Positions 8,891 to 18,367 of a DNA stretch of 51,934 nucleotides are shown in pieces. Position 1 is the first letter of the stretch. Every line of letters starts with the position of its first letter. Under the pieces are notes generated by a model. That model made no database searches and had not been told where the DNA came from. It saw only the letters and a list, made by a program, of their open reading frames with translations. This DNA comes from Acidobacteriota bacterium. Its GTDB lineage: Bacteria > Acidobacteriota > UBA6911 > RPQK01 > JAPXNP01. Where the stretch lies: assembly GCA_020350445.1 (NCBI GenBank), contig CP070717.1:2399827-2451760 (forward strand), in the 5' to 3' direction. The translations under genes were made by a program, and so were the position numbers.

Positions 8891-9751
8891 TCACAGCCAG
8901 CGGAACCCAACGCCGCCGATCCCGGAACGGACACGGAACTTGACCACCTTGGTGACCTCTTTGATGTTCTCGCTGTAGTAGGTGTCCCCTTCCTTCTTGA
9001 AATCGGGCAGTTCCACGTTGGAAAAGAGGCCTTTGGAGACCCGGACTTCGAGTCCGAGCGTCCGGGGCACCAGGATCTCGACACCACCGACGCCCACTTC
9101 GATCTCCACATCACCGATCCGGTTCCAGTCACCAGTAAAATCGAGTTTCGAGCCTCCTACTCCCCCTCGAAACGTGAACTCTTCGAAACCGAAGTTGCCG
9201 ATACCGACCACCTCGAGAGCTCCGACTCCACTAGTCAATTCGACCTTCCGGCAGTCCGTTCTATTTGGCTCGAGGACTGCAACCTCGGTCTCTCCGACAC
9301 CACTTTCCAGGCGCAGGGAGCGAATCATCATGCCGCTCAAGCTGAGCCGGCTCTCTCCCACACCCGTCGTTGTTTCCAGATCGACAGGGATATCGGGGTT
9401 CAACCGGACATTCATCACATTGTCACCCATTCGGCTGAACGACCGTCCCTCACCTTCCAGACCCACGACGAGTCTGGCCTTGCCCTGATCCCGAGAAAAC
9501 TGGATGTCGGGCTTGAAGGTCAATTCGTTGAAATAGAGGTCTACCTCGTAAATCTGGTCTTTCGACGCAGGCTCCACTTCCAAACTTCCGACGTTCAACG
9601 TAACCCGAGCATCGAGCGCTTCGTCATCAGCCAGGGCTTCGGACTGAACATGGTTCGTGTAACTGGCCTCTCCATCCCAAGCATCCATGGTCAGGGTGCA
9701 GGAGGAACCCAGGAGTAATACGAAACAAAGGGCGGAAATTCTTTTGTACAT
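8891..9751 (-). CDS. Toast-rack / DUF2154 (LiaF-like beta-repeat) exported or lipoprotein cell-envelope stress protein
   Basis: Signal peptide ending LLLGSSC. Repeated strand-GVG-strand units (TGVGES, SGVGET, SGVGAL, GGVGGS, VGVGGV, SGIGGV). Confidence 0.75.
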   Translation of the reverse strand: MYKRISALCFVLLLGSSCTLTMDAWDGEASYTNHVQSEALADDEALDARVTLNVGSLEVEPASKDQIYEVDLYFNELTFKPDIQFSRDQGKARLVVGLEGEGRSFSRMGDNVMNVRLNPDIPVDLETTTGVGESRLSLSGMMIRSLRLESGVGETEVAVLEPNRTDCRKVELTSGVGALEVVGIGNFGFEEFTFRGGVGGSKLDFTGDWNRIGDVEIEVGVGGVEILVPRTLGLEVRVSKGLFSNVELPDFKKEGDTYYSENIKEVTKVVKFRVRSGIGGVGFRWL

Positions 9752-9756
9752 TAGAG

Positions 9757-11523
9757 CTAACCTCGCTTTCTGATTCGAATACGAGAATAGGTCGTCTGAA
9801 GTTCAATCTCAGGCCCACCTTTTCCAACATCGGTCTTCAGGTAGGCCACATCACCTCGAGAGTCTTCCTCTGCCGGCCCGAAATCTGAGACGATTTCCCC
9901 TTCAACTGACTGCGCAGACAGGTTGAAGCTGGAGTCGGCGGGGAGCAGCAGGGAGATCTCCCCATTCATATTGGTTACACGGACCGGATGTATCAGGCGC
10001 TCCTTTGCCAGGAGTTCCACCTGTCCATCCTGATTCTGGACTGAAACCGGGCCTGTAAAGCCTTCCACAGAGACCCGCCTTGCCGTGGTTTCGATTACCA
10101 GTTCGCCCGATACGTCGGTCAATGCCACTTGTGAGCCCCGTCCCTGGAGCTTCATTCCCGCCTTGAGGTCTTTGGCGTCCACTTCGGAATGCACCGCCTG
10201 GAGTTCCACGTACCCCTCGACTTCCAGAATCTTTACCTTGCTGTAGGAAGTCTCCAGATTCAGCCGATTCCCCAGCTTTTCTATTGACACATCTTTATGA
10301 GAATTCCTTATCTCAACCGGCCCATCCACATGAGCTACGGTGACTCCAGACCCCGACCCGTCGAGTTTCAATGAACCGGTAATCCGCTCCAGTTGCAGCC
10401 GGCCAAACTGGTTCCTCACGTCGAGATCGCCGTCAATACCCTTGCATTCAATCAACTCATGGTCCGTGGTGATCTGGGTGTTGCCGACAATGTTTCTCGC
10501 CTCAACCTTTCCCCTTCGGCTGTTGATTTCGAGGCTTCCTTCAACCCCGCTGACCACAACGGCCTCGTATCGGTTCGACAGTACAACGTTACCGATAATC
10601 GAATCCACTTCGATCCGCCCGTAGGAATTGCTGATCTTGCTATCCGCAGCACGATCGTTCACCTTGATGTCCCCGTAGGCGCTGTTGACAACGAGTCGAA
10701 TCTCGGGTGGGATCGAAACAGTGAGATGTGTCTTCAGCTTTCGGCCCCGCTCACCGACCTGAGCTCTTGTCGGAGTGATCTTGAGCCTTGCCTCTTCTCG
10801 TTCGGTCCTGATCGTGACTTCAGATGCAATGGCTTCGGCCGCCGCCCTTTCTTCTTCTAGAACGACTTTAACCAGGCGTACTTCGGCCTGCCCCGGATCA
10901 CCCGGCGTCACGGCGATATCACCATAGATATTCTCGATTTCGAACTCTTCGATCCCCTCGAGAGGCACCGACTCTTCCACCTCGAACCGCTGTTCCTGAC
11001 TGTCGAGTCCGATCCCAATCGGAATCGAATCTCCCCAGGTAACGTGGTCGAGTAGCGCTGTATGCGCCTTAGCCAGCTGCCCGCAGGCAATTCCAAAAGC
11101 GATGACAAAGACAACACCGAACAACTCACCTGACCGCAGTTGCAGCCTTCCACTCAAACGATAGAAGTCGATGACCTTGCCGATCCCGTATACGATCAAA
11201 AGGATCGGCCAGAAGAGACCGATGAAGGCAAGCGTTTCGAGTGCCCCCATAATGTCTAACAACAGCACGACTCCGAAGGAGAGCCAGAAGAGCCCCCCCA
11301 GCAAGCTGGCCTTTCCCGGCTGCTGGGTAAGCTGTTCTTCCTTCCAGGAATAATGGCGGTAGAGTTTGACCACCCCGCCGATCACGAACAAAATCGGGAG
11401 AACAAGTTTGAGCACAATCAGCCAACTCACCGACCAATTCGTGAGGTTGACCGCCAGAAACAGTCCACCTACGGCAATGAGCAGAACTCCGGCCAGTAGT
11501 GTGGACGTACTCTTCGTGTTCAT
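9757..11523 (-). CDS. Membrane protein with N-terminal DUF5668/LiaF-like helices and a large DUF4097 (adhesin-like) beta-repeat domain
   Basis: Several N-terminal TM helices (FWPILLIVYGI). About 400 aa of repeats such as N.YGDI.V and T..G.I.., ending IELQTTYSRIRIRK. Confidence 0.8.
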   Translation of the reverse strand: MNTKSTSTLLAGVLLIAVGGLFLAVNLTNWSVSWLIVLKLVLPILFVIGGVVKLYRHYSWKEEQLTQQPGKASLLGGLFWLSFGVVLLLDIMGALETLAFIGLFWPILLIVYGIGKVIDFYRLSGRLQLRSGELFGVVFVIAFGIACGQLAKAHTALLDHVTWGDSIPIGIGLDSQEQRFEVEESVPLEGIEEFEIENIYGDIAVTPGDPGQAEVRLVKVVLEEERAAAEAIASEVTIRTEREEARLKITPTRAQVGERGRKLKTHLTVSIPPEIRLVVNSAYGDIKVNDRAADSKISNSYGRIEVDSIIGNVVLSNRYEAVVVSGVEGSLEINSRRGKVEARNIVGNTQITTDHELIECKGIDGDLDVRNQFGRLQLERITGSLKLDGSGSGVTVAHVDGPVEIRNSHKDVSIEKLGNRLNLETSYSKVKILEVEGYVELQAVHSEVDAKDLKAGMKLQGRGSQVALTDVSGELVIETTARRVSVEGFTGPVSVQNQDGQVELLAKERLIHPVRVTNMNGEISLLLPADSSFNLSAQSVEGEIVSDFGPAEEDSRGDVAYLKTDVGKGGPEIELQTTYSRIRIRKRG

Positions 11524-12128
11524 TCCTTCACATCCTCTCGTTGTCCGCTCTCACCAGCACCGGACTCGCCGACAGCGACATCTGCCGCCACCCCATGGGC
11601 AGCGGATGGTTGCGATTGGTATGGAGGCGGCGGTACGGCCTCAGCCGGGGCCGGCTTCCTGCGGGCAAACTGGTAGATCAGATACCCCCCGAGGAAAATT
11701 AAGATCACAGGCCAGAACTGAACCGCCGATCTCAGCCGAATGGCCCCCAGGTTATCCAACAGAAACAGAACCCCCATGCCGATCAGAACACCACCCCAGA
11801 GCGGCATATTGATCTCTTGAGACACATCCATCTGAGAGTCTCTGCCCTTAGCGATCGCTTCGGCTGACCGATAGGCATCGATGATTGTGTAAATGTAGTA
11901 GGAGAAGGCCGCCAATGAGAACACGGAGATCTCATCAGCAATGATCATGAGGCCGGCAAATACGGCAAAATGGACAACTGCCTTGACATACTCGCGGTTA
12001 TAGACCGCCCCAATGCCGGGAATAATCGCACAGAGCGCTGCACGGGCTGATTTGCTACTCGCGATTGGCGGCAGAGGGGTGTGGCCCGAACTCTGTTGTT
12101 GAAATTGGGGTTCATTGTTCATTTTCAT
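11520..12128 (-). CDS. DUF5668/LiaF-TM-like membrane protein
   Basis: IPGIGAVYN.EY.KA, followed by TM helices and GVLFLLDNLG...FWPVILIFLGG. ATGA overlap with the downstream gene. Confidence 0.7.
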   Translation of the reverse strand: MKMNNEPQFQQQSSGHTPLPPIASSKSARAALCAIIPGIGAVYNREYVKAVVHFAVFAGLMIIADEISVFSLAAFSYYIYTIIDAYRSAEAIAKGRDSQMDVSQEINMPLWGGVLIGMGVLFLLDNLGAIRLRSAVQFWPVILIFLGGYLIYQFARRKPAPAEAVPPPPYQSQPSAAHGVAADVAVGESGAGESGQREDVKE

Positions 12129-12735
12129 TTTCCTTGTCAGAAGTCGGTGTCTCCGCGTCTCTCTGTTCTTCTTGAATCGATTCGCTATAGCTCCTGAACA
12201 GAATTGTCACCAGGTGATAATCCAATCGGCCAAACATGTCTTCCTTGAATAACCGGAACTCCTCGCCAACCCGGAGCTTCAGATCATTGAACTCCCTCCA
12301 CTTCGCATAAACCTGCTCCGTCATCCGATCGGCCTGGTTCATCAGCGATGATGGACTCAGCCGCGAATAGCTGAAGGCCGAAAAACCGGGGCCCATGACA
12401 TTGACCGCGAAGGAGAGAAACACAAACATCATCAACGTCGCGAACGCATAGCGCTGCGTCAACAGCGGCCGGAAAGCCGGCAGCACGAGAGCCTGCCAGA
12501 AACCCTGTTCCTTCGGTAAGCCGGTCGTCTGCTTGAGGATCCGCTCCACCATGGCCTCGGGGACCGCGACCTCGGGGAAATCAGCCAACTGTTCTCTCAG
12601 GTGGGTCACCTCTTTCAGCAACGCTTCGCACTTCGGGCAACTGCCGACATGCTGCGACACGGCGGCCTTGACACGCTCGTCCAGCATGCCGTCCATGTAG
12701 TCGCTGAGTAAGGTTTCGAATCTTGAACAGTTCAT
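12112..12735 (-). CDS. Zinc-binding (zf-HC2/ZAS) transmembrane anti-sigma factor
   Basis: MNC...LLSDYMDG.L...HVGSCPKC (HxxxCxxC) and one TM helix (YAFATLMMFVFLSFAV). Directly downstream of the ECF sigma gene with an ATGA overlap. Confidence 0.9.
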   Translation of the reverse strand: MNCSRFETLLSDYMDGMLDERVKAAVSQHVGSCPKCEALLKEVTHLREQLADFPEVAVPEAMVERILKQTTGLPKEQGFWQALVLPAFRPLLTQRYAFATLMMFVFLSFAVNVMGPGFSAFSYSRLSPSSLMNQADRMTEQVYAKWREFNDLKLRVGEEFRLFKEDMFGRLDYHLVTILFRSYSESIQEEQRDAETPTSDKENENEQ

Positions 12736-13343
12736 GCTCTTACCTGTCCACCCTTCATCCGTCTGAGTACCTTGGCCAATTCGATCCGGCCACGATTGAT
12801 CCGCGACTTGACTGTTCCCTCCGGGATTTCCAACATCTCCGCAATCTCCTGGTACGCAAAACCCTCGAGATCACGCAGTAGAATCGCCTCCTTCAACTCG
12901 GGCGATAACTGAGCGAGGCCGCTCTGTAGAAACTCGGCCTTTTCACGCAAATAGAGGCTCTCGAATGGACTTGCCGTTTTCGGAGCCGCTCCAAGTTCCA
13001 TGACCTCCAGTTCTTCGCTACCCGCCACATTCTTTTCTTTCTTGTGCGAACGGTAGTGGTCGATTACCAGGTTCCTTCCGACGCGCATTACCCAACTCTG
13101 CAGCGAGCCCGCACTCGGCCGAAAACTCGAGAGGTTCTGATAAATCTTCAGAAACACATCCTGAGTCAGCTCTTCTGCTACTGAATAACTGTTGGTGTAT
13201 CGGTATGCCATGTTGATCAGTCTTCCACTGTAAGTTCGAATAAAGCTCTCCCAGGCCCGGGCATCCCCTTCCATGCAACTCTGAACCAGCTTTGCATCCA
13301 CTCCTTGCAAATTCGGCTTCCTACTTCGTCCCGGACCCTTCAA
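12732..13343 (-). CDS. ECF RNA polymerase sigma factor (SigW/RpoE-like)
   Basis: Region 2 AEELTQDVFLKIY...WVMRVGRNLVIDHYR and region 4 LRDLEGFAYQEIAEMLEIPEGTVKSRINRGR. Confidence 0.95.
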   Translation of the reverse strand: MKGPGRSRKPNLQGVDAKLVQSCMEGDARAWESFIRTYSGRLINMAYRYTNSYSVAEELTQDVFLKIYQNLSSFRPSAGSLQSWVMRVGRNLVIDHYRSHKKEKNVAGSEELEVMELGAAPKTASPFESLYLREKAEFLQSGLAQLSPELKEAILLRDLEGFAYQEIAEMLEIPEGTVKSRINRGRIELAKVLRRMKGGQVRA

Positions 13344-13351
13344 TCACTACG

Positions 13352-13377
13352 AACGGAATAGAGTCTCGAAAAGTTCG
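13352..13377 (-). promoter_or_regulatory. Candidate ECF-type (autoregulatory) promoter CGAAC-N17-CGTT
   Basis: The minus strand reads TTCGAACTTTTCGAGACTCTATTCCGTTCGTAGTGATTG. The AAC and CGT elements have ECF-like spacing and end 8 nt before the TTG start. Confidence 0.5.
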
Positions 13378-13523
13378 AAGAATCGAACTCACACCCGTCG
13401 AATGATCCCTCCCATCGCTGATGAACCCATTTTATGGTATGAATCAAGGCGACGAATCGGGCTGACGGTAGCGTTCGAACAATACATGTCTTAATGTCTG
13501 AGTTTGTCGGATGATTGACTGAG

Positions 13524-13979
13524 ATGCAATGTCCCTTTTGTAACCACGAAAGAGATCGAGTCGTTGACTCGAGAGAGAGTCGGGAGCGCAGCGCGATCCG
13601 TCGGCGGCGGGAGTGTATGTCCTGTGGTCGTCGATTCACAACCTATGAACGGATCGAAGACATCCCCTATATGGTGATTAAGAAGGAGGGGCACCGGGAG
13701 CCCTTTGAACGCCCCAAGATTCTGAGGGGCCTCTTGCGAGCCTGTGAAAAGCGCCCGGTTTCGCCCCAGCAACTCGAAGAACTCGTGGATAGCGTCGAGA
13801 AGCATTTGATGGACTCACCCGACCGTGAGATTTCATCGATTGAGATCGGCCAGCTCGTTATGAGCCGGCTGCGTCAACTCGACAAGGTAGCCTACATCCG
13901 GTTCGCTTCGGTCTACCTTGACTTCAAAACCGTCCAGGAGTTCATGGATGAACTCAGTCAGCTCGTTCAATCGAATTGA
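13524..13979 (+). CDS. nrdR: Transcriptional repressor NrdR
   Basis: MQCPFC...VVDSR...IRRRRECMSCGRRFTTYERIE, an ATP-cone, and LDKVAYIRFASVY. Confidence 0.98.
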   Translation: MQCPFCNHERDRVVDSRESRERSAIRRRRECMSCGRRFTTYERIEDIPYMVIKKEGHREPFERPKILRGLLRACEKRPVSPQQLEELVDSVEKHLMDSPDREISSIEIGQLVMSRLRQLDKVAYIRFASVYLDFKTVQEFMDELSQLVQSN

Positions 13980-15001
13980 AAGACCAGAAGCCCGGAGAGT
14001 TTGACCTTATTTCCTCGATTCGCAGGCAGAAACAGCCTCTGCCCAAATCGATCCTGCAGTCGATCGGAGATGACTGCGCCACGATAGATTCGTCCTTGCT
14101 CCATCGGCTCGTGATCTCCACCGACCTCTTGGTCGAAGATGTTCATTTCCGGCGTGCCTGGACGAGTCCTCACCTGCTCGGCATGAAATCGGCGCTCGTG
14201 AATCTCAGCGACCTCGCCGCAATGGGTGCCAATCCTGTGGCCTGCCTCCTCTCGCTTGGCCTGCCCCGTACCGACACCGCGGAGTTCTTTGACAACTTCA
14301 TCTCGGGTTTCCTGAGGACCTGTCGCGAAGCCGGAATGCCCCTGATCGGGGGCGATCTTTCCACCGCCCGGCAGGTCTGTATCAGTGTCACCGTTATGGG
14401 GACCGTACCCGAGGGCGAACCGCTCTATCGTTCATCCGCACGTGAGGGCGATTCAGTCCTGATCATTGGCGACCTGGGATACTCCCGGTACGGGCTCAAC
14501 TTCCTCGAATCGCATTCCCTACCCGGACTCTCAGACGTGAAGGTCCTGACTGAACTCGAACTGGGTACCGATGACCCGGAAGTGATCAAAGCTGTCGGCA
14601 GGCATCTGCTCCCCGAGGTCCACCTTGAATCGGCTCAGTGGCTTCGCAGGGAAGGAATGGCCAACGCCATGATCGATGTCAGTGACGGACTGGGGAATGA
14701 CCTGATGCACATCCTCGAAGAAAGCCACGTCGCTGCGGAAATCGACCTGGGACAGCTTCCCGGATTGGCAGGAGTCGGTGAAGAGGAGAGGATCGACCTG
14801 GCGTTAAATGGGGGCGAAGATTATGCACTGCTGTTTACAGCTTCGGCCATTCAACTGGCCCAGTTAACCGACCGGTACCCTGGACATCTGCCCCCCTGGA
14901 AGAAGATTGGCGAAATCACCGGTGGCGCGCCCGAGCTGGTTCTGAATCTACGGGGAATGCGTTCGATATACAGCAGAAAGGGGTATGATCATTTCCAGTG
15001 A
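13976..15001 (+). CDS. thiL: Thiamine-monophosphate kinase
   Basis: GEFDLI, IGDDCA, STDLLVEDVHF, NLSDLAAMGA, LIGGD, AMIDVSDGL, GGEDYALLFT and GYDHF. Confidence 0.97.
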   Translation: MKDQKPGEFDLISSIRRQKQPLPKSILQSIGDDCATIDSSLLHRLVISTDLLVEDVHFRRAWTSPHLLGMKSALVNLSDLAAMGANPVACLLSLGLPRTDTAEFFDNFISGFLRTCREAGMPLIGGDLSTARQVCISVTVMGTVPEGEPLYRSSAREGDSVLIIGDLGYSRYGLNFLESHSLPGLSDVKVLTELELGTDDPEVIKAVGRHLLPEVHLESAQWLRREGMANAMIDVSDGLGNDLMHILEESHVAAEIDLGQLPGLAGVGEEERIDLALNGGEDYALLFTASAIQLAQLTDRYPGHLPPWKKIGEITGGAPELVLNLRGMRSIYSRKGYDHFQ

Positions 15002-15453
15002 GCTATCTTCGCCAGGCCTTCACATCACTCTCCCGGGTGTCGGATACGCCAGAGAGGACAGCATTCGCCTTTGCCATCGGGGTCTTCTACGGTTTCGGCC
15101 CCCTGCTCGGCCTCCATACGATCCTCGCGGTCGCAACGGCCTTTGTCTTTCGACTCAATAAAGTCGCGATCCTGCTGGGGACCTGGTCAAACCTCCCCTG
15201 GATTGTGGTCCCGTTCTACGCCTTTGCCACTTGGGTTGGGATCACCCTGCTCGGCCTGCCTGAAGGGGTGTCGCTGCCCCGGATCGGACTGGGCGAACTG
15301 ATCCGAATGGAGTTCTGGCTCTCCTTGCTGGCTCAGTGGAAACTGCTGATTCCGGCAGTTTTCGGATCATTTTTTCTGAGTACCGTCATGGCGGGACTGG
15401 CCTATCCCACCGCACTCTATGTCATCCGCAGATACAGGAAGGAAGACAGCTGA
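14998..15453 (+). CDS. DUF2062 family membrane protein
   Basis: DTPERTAFAFAIGVF.GF.P..G.HT...RLNK..I.LGTW.N.PW. GTGA overlap with thiL. Confidence 0.85.
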   Translation: MSYLRQAFTSLSRVSDTPERTAFAFAIGVFYGFGPLLGLHTILAVATAFVFRLNKVAILLGTWSNLPWIVVPFYAFATWVGITLLGLPEGVSLPRIGLGELIRMEFWLSLLAQWKLLIPAVFGSFFLSTVMAGLAYPTALYVIRRYRKEDS

Positions 15454-15570
15454 TTCCCCGATGCGGCAGAAAAGCACGCCCTCCTGAATCCCTTCCCGGC
15501 ATGATTCACTGCCGTGGGAATCGCTGGAACTCGTCTCTTTCTTTCAGATAAGATTATCCTCCACGTTGTG

Positions 15571-17175
15571 ATGATAAAAAGCTTGAATTCTCGGTCTGGC
15601 CAGCCCTTCCGGCTGTTCGGCACGATTCCGATTTTGTTGTTCTTCCTGCTGGCCCCGATATCTGTGGCCGGTCAGGATTCCGCTCCAACGGCCGATGCCA
15701 GTCCCAGTCCCGTGGAAGAAGTCGAGGACCTGGTCAATATAGATTTCCGCAACGACCTCCGCCTGTTCACGGTCATGGCCGCGGTCAATGTTGCCGGCTT
15801 CGACTACGAGACTCCGGGCCGGACAATGTCCGATACCCGATTGGCCGTTCGAGAGGCAATGTCGAACCTTGACCCGTTGCTGTTGATGCGGCTGCGGACC
15901 GTTTATGCGACAAAACGCTTCCGCAATGAGTTGGAGACCCATACCGCGTATACCTCTCTAGCACTCCTGCTGGATGGTCCGCCCCTGTTCGAGTTTCCCC
16001 AGGGGGGGCCGGCCATACCGACCGATGTGCAGAGAATCCTTGGCTTTGACGAACTGTTGGCCCAGTTCTATCAGCAGGGGAATATCGAAGCCCTCTGGGA
16101 GCGGTTCAGACCGGTTTACACCGCATACCTTGGCCAGTATCGGCCAATCTTCAAGGACGTAATCAGAGATACGCTGGCGTACTTTCGAATCCCGGCGAGG
16201 ATCGTCCTCGACCGCCAGATTGTACTGATTCCGGATCCGCTGGCCTTCAACGATGTCGTCCATGCCCGCAACCTTGAAAAGGTCTACTACATTGTTGTCG
16301 GGCCGACCGAGGATCCCGCTTCGAATTATGTACAGTTACAGCACGAATACCTGCACTTCCTGATCGATCCTCTGGTTGAAAAACACGGCGGCACCCTTTT
16401 GAAGACCAGGGACCTGCTCAAGTTGGCACAGAGCCAGCCCAATCTGAGCCAGGACTTCATGGACCGTTACCTGCTGATCGTGGGGGAATCGCTCATCGAA
16501 GCCATCCTGTATCGATTGCATCCGCCTGAAGACAGTAAGGAGAGGAACCTTGAACTCCACAATCGGGGGCTGATCTTTGTCCCCTACTTCCTGCGTAAGA
16601 TGGAGGAATTCGAAAACAATGACGAACTCCCCCTCCCGCTTTTTCTGGAGGCCGCCTTCGACGGAATCGTAGAGGACGAGATCAAGAATGATTCCAATCG
16701 TCTTGGAGAGATCCAGGCACAGGTCGAAGAGGCTGCCCGGCAAGCGGAAGAGGCCCGGATGAAAGAGCAGGCGGAGTGGGAAGCCCGTAAGCAGCGAACC
16801 GATCGCTTGAATGCAGGTATCCAGGCCCTGCTGCAGAAGGATTACACGGCAGCCGACACCGCCTTCAATGAATTGCTGACCGCCGACCCCACAGACGGGA
16901 CAGCGCAGTTTTACCTGGCCCAGAGTACGGCCCAACAGGGCCTCAACGACGAGGCCAGCCAACACTACAGGAAAGTCATCGAGAACCCTGTCGTGGAAAG
17001 CTGGATGAAGGCCTGGGCAATTATCAGGGTGGGCCGTTATGAAGCGTTCCAGGGGGACTTTTCGTCCGCCCGGAAACACTTCAAGGATGTTCTCGGGATG
17101 AGCGGAGAGCTCCAGGGCGCGCGTGAGGCTGCTCAGTCATCACTGGAATCCCTGCCCGAAGAACCTCCGAGGTAA
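15571..17175 (+). CDS. Exported protein with an HExxH (DUF4932/zincin-like) domain and C-terminal TPRs; start uncertain (15514, 15568 or 15571)
   Basis: Signal-like ILLFFLLAPISVAG, HEYLH at 16342-16356, a downstream GESLIEA, a coiled coil, then TPR-like helices (AQFYLAQ...A..HY). Confidence 0.65.
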   Translation: MIKSLNSRSGQPFRLFGTIPILLFFLLAPISVAGQDSAPTADASPSPVEEVEDLVNIDFRNDLRLFTVMAAVNVAGFDYETPGRTMSDTRLAVREAMSNLDPLLLMRLRTVYATKRFRNELETHTAYTSLALLLDGPPLFEFPQGGPAIPTDVQRILGFDELLAQFYQQGNIEALWERFRPVYTAYLGQYRPIFKDVIRDTLAYFRIPARIVLDRQIVLIPDPLAFNDVVHARNLEKVYYIVVGPTEDPASNYVQLQHEYLHFLIDPLVEKHGGTLLKTRDLLKLAQSQPNLSQDFMDRYLLIVGESLIEAILYRLHPPEDSKERNLELHNRGLIFVPYFLRKMEEFENNDELPLPLFLEAAFDGIVEDEIKNDSNRLGEIQAQVEEAARQAEEARMKEQAEWEARKQRTDRLNAGIQALLQKDYTAADTAFNELLTADPTDGTAQFYLAQSTAQQGLNDEASQHYRKVIENPVVESWMKAWAIIRVGRYEAFQGDFSSARKHFKDVLGMSGELQGAREAAQSSLESLPEEPPR

Positions 17176-17256
17176 TTGAATAGCGCTAACGAGGATCACC
17201 CTGATTCCACTTGAATTCTTCCCCCCTGATCAGACAAAGCTCAGGAGGGTGGAGGT

Positions 17257-18303
17257 TTGAACCTAATGAAGAAGCTTTGGATTGTTTTACTGGTTTGTCT
17301 ACTCAACTCCCTGACTGCATTCAGCGCCCAGGACCCAGCGGCAGCACCCGAACAGGAGGGAACTCCCGCTGAACCTCAGATTGACCCCGCGGCTGTACCG
17401 GTTCAGCCGGTGGAACTGCCACGAATACCGGGGGAAGCCCGGGGCCAGGAAGAATGGATCGCCTGGCAGCAGGTTGAAATGGCATCGACACCCGCCCAGG
17501 CAGCAACAGCGGCGCAGCAGTTCCTGGAAAACTATCCCGATAGTGGTCTGACCGCCCATGCCTATTACCGCATCGCCCAGAACGACTATGCCCTTGGTGC
17601 CGTCGAGAGTTTTATTCTTAATGCCGAGAAGGCTCTCACGGAACTCCCCAACCTGGTCGACCTCCACAGCCAGCTGGCCTTCTTTTATGCCGAGAGAGGG
17701 GAATCGGCAATCGCGATTGATCATGCTACGAGAGCGCTGGCGATCGTAGATCAGGCCACTGTCCCGACCGGTGTCTCTGCCGGGCAATGGGTTTCGCAGG
17801 TCTTCCAGCTCAGGGCGGAGTCGAACTACGCTCTCGGCCGGGCATACCTCAATCAGATCGCCCAGGACAAGGCTGTTGACGGCACACCGAACCTCGACAA
17901 AGCGATCACCTACCTCGGGACCGCCCTCCGCTTCGAGCCTCAACATGACTTCGCCAGTTTCAGACTCGGTTTCGCCGAGCGCAACGCCGGCAATGTGGAA
18001 GGGACACTGATGGCGTATGGCAGGTCGGTCGCTATCGGAAAGGTCGCAGCCCAGCCGGCCCAGGCTGCAGTTGAAGAGGTTCTGGGAATCCTGAAACGGG
18101 CGATGCCCGACTCACCCTGGGCTGAGAAGACCGTCGGAGAGATCGTCGAACAGGCCACCCAGCAGATGCAGGATGACATCGCCAGGATCCAGGCAGAACA
18201 GTCCCGTATGATCCAGGAACTGGAACTGGAATTGGAAACTCAGCCGGCGGCAGCACCCGCAGCAGAAACGCCCCTGCAGCCTGAGTCCCCAACCCAGGAT
18301 TGA
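17257..18303 (+). CDS. Exported TPR-repeat protein
   Basis: Signal peptide (WIVLLVCLLNSLTAFSA), TPR-like FLENYPDS..TAHAYYRIA and A...LG.A. GGAGG SD upstream; ATG 17266 is an alternative start. Confidence 0.7.
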   Translation: MNLMKKLWIVLLVCLLNSLTAFSAQDPAAAPEQEGTPAEPQIDPAAVPVQPVELPRIPGEARGQEEWIAWQQVEMASTPAQAATAAQQFLENYPDSGLTAHAYYRIAQNDYALGAVESFILNAEKALTELPNLVDLHSQLAFFYAERGESAIAIDHATRALAIVDQATVPTGVSAGQWVSQVFQLRAESNYALGRAYLNQIAQDKAVDGTPNLDKAITYLGTALRFEPQHDFASFRLGFAERNAGNVEGTLMAYGRSVAIGKVAAQPAQAAVEEVLGILKRAMPDSPWAEKTVGEIVEQATQQMQDDIARIQAEQSRMIQELELELETQPAAAPAAETPLQPESPTQD

Positions 18304-18367
18304 TTCCTCTTGATGAATTGCAGCGACGTCGGTAGCCTAAAGGTGTAAACGGCGAAGGGATGAAGCG

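Noticed and set aside
13344-13975. TPP riboswitch for thiL, or NrdR boxes near nrdR
   Set aside because: thiL overlaps the nrdR stop. I could not see a TPP aptamer core or a convincing NrdR palindrome.
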